A stretch of DNA of 64,000 bases, taken from positions 108,128,001-108,192,000 of the forward strand of contig OX597817.1 of assembly GCA_951406725.2 (NCBI GenBank), read 5' to 3'. The translations under genes and the position numbers were made by a program. The notes beneath the pieces were generated by a model that worked only from the letters and a program-made list of their open reading frames with translations, had not been told where the DNA came from and searched no databases. Numbering within the stretch: the stretch's first letter is position 1; every line of letters starts with the position of its first letter. The DNA is from Octopus vulgaris. Lineage: Eukaryota. Of the stretch, positions 27,201-38,400 are shown piece after piece.

Positions 27201-30200
27201 CTTATTTGGAAACAGGTGATAGTTGGCAACAGGAGAGGCATCTGACCATAGACACTTGCCTCAATAGTTTCCATCCAGTTCATACAGGCATGGAAAAGTG
27301 GACATTGAAAGGATGATGTTGAAATCTATTTACATCAAGGATGCTCTTGACAAATATTAAATACATGATATGTACTTTAATTCATCATAAATTGCTGTTG
27401 ATTTTATTGATGATGGTCCTCTTTCACAATTTTTTAGCCATTTACTAAAATTATAAATTCATTTTCCCACACAGTGGTGTCTTATGAGTTGGTTATAAAA
27501 ATAAATCTCTAAGAATTATTTGGTTTCCTCCTATGTCATCAATTCAAATACTGCCAGAGAAACTTTTATTTTTAATTCCACTACATAATTTTGTTAACTC
27601 TAACCATTCTTCATGCATGCACACACACACACCACCACCACCACCACCAAACAAATGTGGCTGCAACTTGATTCTGAGTAATGCTATTGCTTGACTTCCT
27701 CTTAAACATGACCAGCATGGATGTGGCTTTTCACTCCTACTAAAGACTTACAATCTCTTGTACACCTATGTGACAATGATGAGCTCCTCTTGTAATAGAT
27801 GTTTCAATGTTGTTTTGGTAAACCTTCATACGATATTTAGTTTGCCTCCTGACATAATTCATTTCCACACTCTCGGGAAATAGAGCAGCAATATAATTCA
27901 TTGTTTAACAACTTTCTTGTGTGTGTGACTCCTGGTGACAGGGTAGGAAACAAAACCTGTTTAAGAGCAGATGAACTCAGTAGAGTCAACAGCTGGAAGT
28001 GAGAGACTCCTAGTCTTTGTTTAGACCTCTCTCTGGAAGAAGGGAAACTCTGATGTAATACCTGTGGCTTCGTTTGCATCCAACAATGTTGACATACATA
28101 CATTTATCCATATGCAAAGCAAATGAATAAAAAATATTAAATACAAACAAAAGGAGGTCACAGCAATGTAATTCACTGTTAACAACATCCTTGTGTGTGT
28201 GTGACTCCTGATGACTAAAGCCTACCTTATTTAGCCAGACAGACTCACACTTTCTACATGTTAAGTTGGGCTGTATGCCAACTCACTCAGACAAATTTCC
28301 ATCAAGACCTTTAAGAACATCTCTCTGAAGATGTTCATGCTTGATACACTTTTGTTTGAACCGTTTTGTTATGCTAGCAAGCTGTTTTATGTTTAACACT
28401 TTACGCATTGTTTGGTACCCATGTATACCCCTGCAGGGCAGGAACCAAACCTGTTTAAGAGTGGATGAACTCAGAGTCACCAGCTGGAAGTGAGAGATCC
28501 CTGGTCTTTGTTTAGACATCTCTCTGGAAGAAGGGAAACTCTGATGTAATACCTGTGGCTTCGTTTGCATTCAATGGTTTTGATATACATACATTTATTA
28601 ATATGCAGAGTAAATCAATAACAAAGAAAAAGAAACAAACAAAAAAGGCTGATTAATTAGGTTGATGTGGGTGGTGAGCTGGCAGAATCATTAGCATGCT
28701 AGGCAAAATGCTTAGCAGTATTTCATCTAGCTTTACATTTTGAGTTCAAATTCTGTTGGGGTCAGCTTTGCCTGTCATCCTTTCAGGATCAATGTAATTG
28801 ATTTACCCCTTCCTGAAATTGCTGACCTTGTGCCAAAATTTGAAACCAATATTATTAGGTTAATGTCCAGAGAAAGAATAAAGTTATAGAGTAAAAGTAT
28901 AACATGTGAATGTATGTACACACACACACACATATATTTTATTTACAGTATGGTTCTATAACTTCATTATATCATTTCTAAGAGTTTTCTAATTTTTCAG
29001 ACTGTTTTCAGTTTGGGAGAGAAAGAGAGAGAGCAGTGAGATGGTGAGGATGTAGTGTAACAGATTGAAATACAAAATATATTAAAAGTCATAAACTCCA
29101 CTTTATATTATCGCTTTATTCTAAAGAGAAAGTGAATATTTTCCCCCTATCTCACTTTCTGAAATATTTCCATCAATTTCAAATCTTTCCATTTCCAGGT
29201 TCGTCACAATCTCAGTGACTTTTCAGTTCTAATTTCAATTATAATAATGGTTGGTATTGACATGCTTCTTGGTATCCCTACTCCGAAGCTTGAGGTACCT
29301 AAAAAGTTTAAGGTAAGTGTTTGAATTGTTGTTATTACCAGATAATAAAGGCAGTGTGATTATTTCATTACATGCAAATACATACACATACATTCCCTAT
29401 TTTCCACTCTCTCTCTCTCTTCATCTCTCTCTCTTCATCTCTCTCTCTTCCTTTCTCTCTCTCTTCCTTTCTCTCTCTCTTTCTCTTCTTTTCACTCTCT
29501 CTGTTGCATAACTAGCCCATTTAAAAGCACCCTTCAATTGTCAGGTGATATGCCGTGCTTGTGAAAACCTGTTGAACCAAGTGAAATCATAGTTCTGGCC
29601 AATGCCGGTGCCACCTGACTGGCAGCGGCCAGTGACATGTAAAAAGCACCATTTGAGCATGGCTGATGCCAATGCCACCTGACTGGCACCCATACCAATG
29701 GCACATAAAACGCACCATTCAAGTGTGACTGATGCCAGCACTGCCTCACTGGCACCTGTGTCAGTGACATATAAAATGCACCATTCAAGTGTGACCTATG
29801 CCAGTGCCGCTTGATTAGCACCTGTGCCAGTGGCACATAAAAAGCACCATTTGAGCATGGGTGATGCCAGTGCCACCTGACTGACACCCATGCCAGTGGA
29901 ACGTAAAATGCACTGTTTTAGTGTGGTTGATACCAGTACCACTTAACTGGCATCCATGCTCATGGCATGTAAAATGCACCATTTGAGCATGGCTGATGCC
30001 AGTGCCACCTGACTGGTACCCATACCGGTGGCATGTAAAATGCCAATGCCAGTGCTGTTGACTGGCTCCAGTGCCGGTGGCATTTAAAAGCACCCGCTAC
30101 ACTCTCAGAGTGGTTGACATCAGGAAGGGCATCCAGATGTAGAAACCTTGCCAGATCAGATTGTAGTCTGGTGCAGCCTTACGGTTTGCCAGTTCCCAGT

Positions 30201-32394
30201 CAAAGAGTCCAACCTATGTCAGCATGGAAGGCAGATGTTAAATGACAGTGATGATGATGATGATGAAGAGTTTAGTAAAATATAAAACAAGAAATTTGTA
30301 TCATAGAAACAATGCCATTTCTCAGATGGGTTGGTATGAGAAGGGTTAAGCCCCAACTCAGACATATACGCACATACTTAAATACACATTCATATAAATG
30401 CACCACCCCAGCCCTCTCTCTCTTTTTTTCCACATTTTATTCTTCTAATTTATGTTATTCATATGTGTATGTAGATTCTCAATAAGCTTAAACACAAACA
30501 AAACAGTGATGGCTAGCAACAAATCAATTGAATATACATTCTCAATGAAAATGATTTTATTGGCCAAGAAACAAACTACATCAAAACATTATCCAAATTA
30601 CTATTGTTTTCATCATAGACCCAGGCTACCCTGTTCAAACAGATCCATTGCATATATGTCTTGGAATCATGTTTCACACAGTTTCATCATGCAGCATTTG
30701 GTTGTTGTCATTTAGCAACAGGTTAGTTCTGATACCAAATCAACCAGTGGCCCTGTTGATTTGTTTAGTGTTTTAAATTAAGTGATGGTAAAAATTGATT
30801 TCTGACATCAGCTCAATGCACTAGATTGGGAGGAGGACGAGGAGTTAATATTTCTTAAAAATCAATATAGGATTTTAGTAGTATTTTATTTAGTCAAGCC
30901 CAGAAGGATGAAAGACAAAAGTAAGCTTAAAGAGATCTTAACTCAGAATGTAAAGAGCATTTACTAGACAACAAAGGTATCTTGTACAATGCTATAATGA
31001 TTCTATCAATTTACCACTCTTTTGTTAAAGATTGAATATAAGATATATTTAGTAGCTGCATGATGTTATAAACAGGGCTGTGGAGTTGGAGTTAGAAACT
31101 ATTAAGGAGTAGTTAGAGTCAGTAAAACTGTATCAACTCTGACTCACAATTCTTTAATATAAACCAGTTATAACATATAGGTCCACTCAAAGTGCAAGCA
31201 AAGTTTTTGTTTCAACTCCACAGCCCTAGTTATAAAACTATTATTTAGCTTTGTTAGTGAAATTTAGTAAAGAGAAACTATGAAAAAGCTCACTTAAAAA
31301 GTAAAATTGGTGCTCCAAACAAAATCAGTTTCTTGCATTTAGTTACAATTTGATGTAATTGACTAAAACCCATGAGAGCAGTGCCCTAACATGTTCATAG
31401 TTCAGTGACTGCACCTGTAAAAGAATACCAATATTGCTTGACATTGATCACTTTTCCCCTTCCATTAGAAAGATGTAGTATATTTTACAATGTGGGACCA
31501 TGTGATCCACTACCAGATCAATATCAAATACAAATTTTACAGCGATTGATTTTAATAAAGCTGAAATTAAAATTTGTTGAATAACTGAGTTGCAACAATG
31601 GGATTTAAACATTTGCATCACAAATATACATCTGTATTTGAAACTGTTGTGAAATAATTTTGGCACATAACTTCTACATTGAGGTAGCCATTCATTAAAT
31701 AGAAAATGCGAGAAGAAAAAAAAAGTAGTAGGCAGAGTACTAAAATTGATATACTACACTAAAAAAAAATCTTTGATGGTGCTACCCTGTCAAAAGGATA
31801 GTTTGAAATGAATAAAGTAAAAAAATAAAGTTTGTAAAATATTCCCTTAAAAAAAAAACTAAATTGATTTTGCATGTATTCTTGAATTGTGGCTCTTGTC
31901 TATTATTATTATTATATTGTATGTATTTCTCTTTATTCAACAGCCAACACGATCTGACCGTGACTGGTTCATCAACCCTATTAGTGATAAAAATCCTTGG
32001 TGGATGATTTTAGCATGTTGTATACCAGCCTTGTTGGCAGTCATCCTTATTTTCATGGACCAACAGATTACAGCTGTGATTGTGAACAGGAAGGAGAATA
32101 AATTAAGGGTAAGAAATGACAGAAATTTTAGAAAAAATATTTAGTTTGGATAAATGTTTTGAGTGTTTTAATGGTAGAAATCTAGTTATGATAAAAAAAG
32201 ACGATGCGTCTCAAAACGGCTTTCAAGAAATTTCAGGGTTCTCTAAAAGAAAAAATTTAAAGGGTTCTGCATGATAAAGTGTATTTTAATAAAATTTAAT
32301 CATTATTTTATACAAAAATCATATTCCCATTTTCAAAATAATATGTTTTATACATTATGCATGCATGTGTGCATACATACATACATACATACAT

Positions 32395-32451
<57 letters not shown>

Positions 32452-35400
32452 TACATAATGCATACATGTGTATTTGTATGTATGTATGTTATAAGTAGTA
32501 GAAACAATATTAGTTCAAAACATGTGTCTGTGTATCATACTTAAGGCAGATAATCATCAAAAGCCTTATGAAATGTGCTATTTGTCTCAAGAAAGCGTCT
32601 CTTATAGATGTATAGTCTTAAAAAATTGAAATATATTATCAGTAGGTAAAAATCAACCAGCAGCTGCAAATAGTATTGCTTTAATTCTGCATTTCACATG
32701 ATAAAAGTGATGAGCAACAAATGGTGTTATTTGTAAACAATTCCCTGTCAACAAACTATCCACTTTGTACTTTTGATTAATACCAAATAGAATGAAAAAT
32801 TCCTTGCTTGTAATCTAAACAACTTATAGTTATAGGAACAGTATCAAACTGTAAATAACACTTCAATCGTATGTGTTCATGTAGTCCATATTTATATGGA
32901 AAAACAAAGGTAAAGCGAAAATAACCTAACCAATCAGAATATCAGAATTTATTCATTAACCCTTTTGTTACCAACCCTGCTGAAACCGGCTCTGGCTCTG
33001 TAGTACAACTGTCTTGTTTTCATTAGGTTTGAACTAAAATCTTCCACCAAACCTTAATCACAATTAATGTTCTGACACTAGCTTAATGATGACTAAGTTA
33101 TTTTACTAAATTCTTTGTTATATTTAAAATTAACTGAAAGACACGCAGAGCATCTCAAAATAAATACAGTAACAAAAGGGTTAAATTAGACTATAAATAT
33201 TTTAAATCTGCTAATAAATAAATGTGTGTGTGTATACATACATGTATGTATGTATGTATGCATATATCCTTCGAATTCTGAAGTTTTATCTGATTATAAA
33301 GAAAGTAACACTTACTTACCTTTTCTCTCTTTTCAGAAAGGAAACGGGTATCATTTGGATTTATTTATTGTAGCAATTTGTATAGCTATTTGTTCAGTAC
33401 TTGGACTGCCTTGGTATGTGGCAGCTACTGTGTCAGCTTTGGCACACATCATGAGTCTGAAACGGGAATCAGAATGTACAGCTCCAGGTGAAAGACCAGC
33501 ATTCCTTGGTGTGAGGTAAAATCATTTTGCAATAATTTCCTATACTGTTTTATTTGATAAATATGGATGCTCACTTGGCCTTAATCTTTGAGATTACAAA
33601 TGAAACAAGAAGTATTGTTGTATTGTGACATTTCAGTCCAACAGTTGACATTAGAGAGAACATCCAGTTATAAAACAGCTTCTTTCAGCATAAACAAACA
33701 TAAGTAAACATCCCATTTCCATTCTGTGAGAGGCTTTGTCTCTGGCTTTAAATTTATCTTCTTTAAGACATAAAAATTTATTCCATAGTTTGAAGCCATT
33801 TATATTACTATTTGTTGATGCCATTTCATAATACATGTTGAACTTCTTTAGTTCATCATTTTCTTGTCTGGCAACTCCTATAGTCCAGCACGTTTTGAAT
33901 CTGCCACCATTAGTTTGTGAATTTGCCACTGGGGCAGTACTGTTAAGCTCCAGACTTATTTATATTTACCCTGGAACATTAGCTGAGTGCTTGGACACAG
34001 TCCTGTTAATTTCATGTATTTAGGATGATGTTTTAAGCATATTGTTACATAGAAGCATCTTTTAGTGGTATCTTAAGGATCACTTTCTATAGTTCAGAAT
34101 TTTCTGTCATCTGTCACTGGCCAGTTCCCAAGGTTACCAGATATCTGTTGACAATCAGTAGTTTCTTTGAATTCTACTCAACATTTTTTTATAAACAAAT
34201 ATATAGTTTGCAGACTTAATACACTGCTGCTTTAATGACCTTTGATCTGATTGAACTTGCCTGCACTTAATAAAGCTACTCAATACTCACAGCCAACATG
34301 TCCTAAGTTTCAGAATCCATTCTGTAAAAATGTTCTTCTTTGAAATTGGGTCCCTTTTGAAATATCCCTTTACAATTTCCACTAACCTGTTAAAAAGTTG
34401 AATGACTTAATTGAGGAAGATTATGGATGAGGAAGAGGTCAGTGAGTTATAAAACCAACTGCGTATCCATTGTGTTTAAGTCACTAAACTCTCAAATGAC
34501 TGTCTCTGTGTCCAACAAACAGAAAATAGATATTATTCAGTTGAAAATTACTTGTCGTCACTATAAACAGTAGCAGCAGTAGCACTGTAAAATATTACTA
34601 TTTTGTTTGCTTTCAATGTTGAGTTCAGTGTTTTTTCCCCACAGTAAAGTTGCCTGCATTAGACTGGTATCTTATCCAGGAGAGATTTTCTCTCATTTAC
34701 CTAACACTAGTTCATTTGACTGGTAATCTGCAACAATTCAAAGTGAATTTTATATCTATTTGATATCTCTTTATTGTATATGGAACTGGCTGTTACTAAA
34801 ATGTTGGGCTGTTTAATGTCTTCAGTTTTTGTCAGTAAATATTTTTTATGAGTTTAAATGACATTTCATGCTGCATTTAATTCTTTAAGAGCAATAAAAA
34901 TAAATGCCTGTAATTCATTAAATAGGCGTAGGAGTTGCTGTGTGGTAAGTAGCTTGCTTACCAACCACATGGTTCTGGGTTCAGTCCCATTGCGTGGTAC
35001 CTTGGGCAAGTGTCTGCTACTGTAGCCTCAGGCTGACCAAAGCCTTGTGAGTGGATTTGGTAGACGGAAACTGAAACAAGCCCATCGTATATATGTATAT
35101 ATATATATGTGTGTGTGTGTGTTTGTGTGTCTGTGTTGTCCCCCCAACCACGCTTGACAACCGATGCTGGTGTGTTTACGTACCCGTAATCTAGCGGTTT
35201 GGCAAAAGAGACCGATCGAATAAGTACTAGGCTCACAAAGAATAAGTCCTGGGGTAGATTCGCTCGACTAAAGGCGGTGCTCCAGCATGGCTACAGTCAC
35301 GTGACTGAAACAAGTAAAAGGGTAAATAATATAATTCATTAAATAAATATATCAAATGAAATTGAGTTAATATTGGTTTCGAATTTTGGCACAAGGTCAG

Positions 35401-38400
35401 CAAATTCACGAGGAGGGTCTAAGTTGATTACATCGACCACAGTGCCTCAGTGGTACTTATTTTATCGACCTCAAAAGGATGAAAAGCAAAATCGACCTCA
35501 GTGAAATTTGAACTCTGGATGCAGAGGTGGACAAAATGCTGCTAAACATTTTGCCCAGTGTGCTAACGATTCTACCAGCTCGCAGCCTTAAGTTGAGCTG
35601 ATATGAAATCCTCTGTGTAGTTGCTTGATTGGTTAGAAACAACAGCCAAATTGCCCTCTAACCACACTCTGCTAACTTAATAATGTAGAAGCACACATTA
35701 GATAATTTAATTTAAGATATTTCTAAATAGGCGACGTGGCAATAGTTACAATGTCTTTGGGGAAAATTTGTTTGATCAAGGCTGATTTAGAACTGTTGGA
35801 AAGACATTGGTTGAGAGTGGCCAAGTGGAAGATGGCATGGCATACCTACATAGTTGTGCCCCACACACTCTGTATCGGAATTTAATAAAAAAGTTTTTTT
35901 TAATTGTTAAAAGCACCTATATGCATACAGACACACGTCATGTATTTTTTGTCAAAATTTCATGTTTCGTTTTATAGATATGGATGTAATATGTGTCAGT
36001 GTGTATGCGTGTGCGGTCACCAATTATTTTATTTTATTTTATTCCTACACCACCTGAAAGGTATTTTGTAGAAAATTTCACAAAAAGATACTAATTTTTT
36101 TTTCTGAAAGTTAACCGGAGAAAAAGTCGACTCGTGTGAATTATTCGTAGCTTACTCCTACACAACCTTCGAAAAATATTTTCACATTGGATTTCCATAT
36201 TATCGTAATCTATACCATCTGAATGGCATTTGTTGAAAATTTCATTCAAATATCCATTTTACTGAAAGGAAACAAAGTTGGGGGTGGAGGCAATGCTTAT
36301 AGAAGTATACTTATACTACAATAGCAAATGCTATTAATACAAAGGAGTCATAACTCCTTTATAAGGGGAGAGCACTCTAAATTTCATACTCTTCTCGCAT
36401 AAATTTCCATTCAATGATTATTATGATTTTTTCTACAAAGTTGCACTTAGTTACTATAACAGCAATTATTACACATTTTCACTTGACCGTCTCTGAATTT
36501 ATGCTAACTTACTGGCATATCCAATTTAGCTTGCTTGAATGACTTCACGTGACTTTCCCAGTAACAGAATGAGTCATCAGATGTTTCATAATTTTTATAA
36601 GTTCAATACGTATCAAATACTCTTTCTTTCGTTTGTAACTAAATATATATCAAATTATGCTTTGCTTACATTATTCTTGCTATGAATCCTCTAATTAAGA
36701 GTGACTTTTAGTTCTTATCCTCCCTATAAATCTGTCTATATAATGTGTGTATACGCGCGCACACACACATACACACGCACAATGTACGCATAGGTAGAAA
36801 CACATGCACACACGCGTGCACTTGCACTAATCTTCTGCACACTTTTCATGTAACAAATTCGTAAAATGCACCATCCGATTGTGGACGTTGCCAGCCTCGT
36901 CTGGCCCCCGTGCCGGTGGCACGTAAAAAGCACCATCCGATCGTGGCCGTTTGCCAGCCTCGTCTGGCACCTGTGCAGGTGGCATGTAAAAAGGACCCAC
37001 TACACTCACGGAGTGGTTGGCGTTAGGAAGGGCATCCAGCCGTAGAAACACTGCCAGATCAGACTGGGCCTGGCACAGCCTTCTGGCTTCCCAGACCCCA
37101 GTTGAACCGTCCAACCCATGCTAGTATGGAAAGCGGACGTTAAACGATGATGATGATGATGATGATGATGATAATTGGTCAACCAAGGCTATAGTGGAAG
37201 ACAATTGTTCAAAATGCTGCAGGTTGGGATCAAACCCAGATCCATGTTATCGTGAAGCAAACATCTAAACCATACCCCATGGGTATTAAGTCGGGAGTCA
37301 GTTTCTTTTATTTCTAGCTTCAAATCTCGCTGTGAATGTGGGACAGTCAGGCAGTAAACTGGTACTCGATGCTTTATGGACGCAGTGAGGATAAATGATT
37401 AAGAAGCTCGCTTTGCAACCAAGTAGTTTCTGGTTCAGTCTCACTGTATGACACCTTAGACAAGTGTCTTCTACTCTAGCTGCAGGCTGACTAAAGCCTG
37501 TGAGTGGATTTGGAAGATGAAAACTGTGTGGAAGCCCATTGTGTGTGTGTGTGTATGTATTGGGTTGGCAACTAAGTTCCCGCGGTTTTTTTTTTATTTT
37601 GGAATTTATTGCGTTTTTAAATTTTGGAATCAATTTTTTTTTTTGAGAATTCTATTTTTGAATCATTTTGGAATTTATTATTTTTTTTTTTCTAGTTAGT
37701 TTTAGTTAATTTTTGTTTATTTTCAGATCATTAAAATGGAATGTCAAGTTAAGAAAAAGGAGCATTTTCGACACTTCATTCTTTTTGCTTTTAATCAATG
37801 TTCTAAGGGCACAAAAGCTGCTTGCGACATTTGTGCTGTGTATGGAGAGGGTGCCATGGCTGAAAGAACCACTCTTGATTGGTATGCCAAGTTCAAAAAT
37901 GGAAATTTTGACCTCTAAGGCGCACCTCATTCTGGCTGTCTATTTGAGTTCAATGAAGAGTGATTAAACCAACTTTTGCAAGAAAATTCTCGTTAAAACT
38001 CAAGGGAACTGGCAGAGAAAATGGAATGCTCCCACACTGCTATAGAGAAGCAGCTTCGCTCAATGGGAAAGGTTCAGAAGTATGGAGAATAGGTTCCGCA
38101 TGCTTTAAGTGACAACAAAAATCAACAACCCACAATCTCTGCTGGTTTGCTTGCTCATCACCGCTCAACTCATGGACACAAGCAATGATTTCTTTACCGA
38201 ATCATTAGTGGTGACGGAAAATGGTGCCTGTATGAAGCAGTGTAAGGAATGGCTTAGCCCTGGTAAACAAGCAACACTGCGTGTGAAACGATGTTCATCT
38301 GCATAAAACGATATTATGCATATGGTGGGACTGGGAAGGGATTACCCACTACGAATTGCTTGAATGGAACCAAACAGTCAACGTGGAACTCTCTTTCAAT

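Noticed and set aside
29600-30095. CRISPR-like array of palindromic repeats
   Set aside because: No unique spacers, units are homologous end to end, eukaryotic context, no cas genes; part of an RTE 3' UTR.
33650-34420. Possible hAT transposase fragment on minus strand ([15 protein letters not shown])
   Set aside because: Too degraded; no TIR or TSD found.
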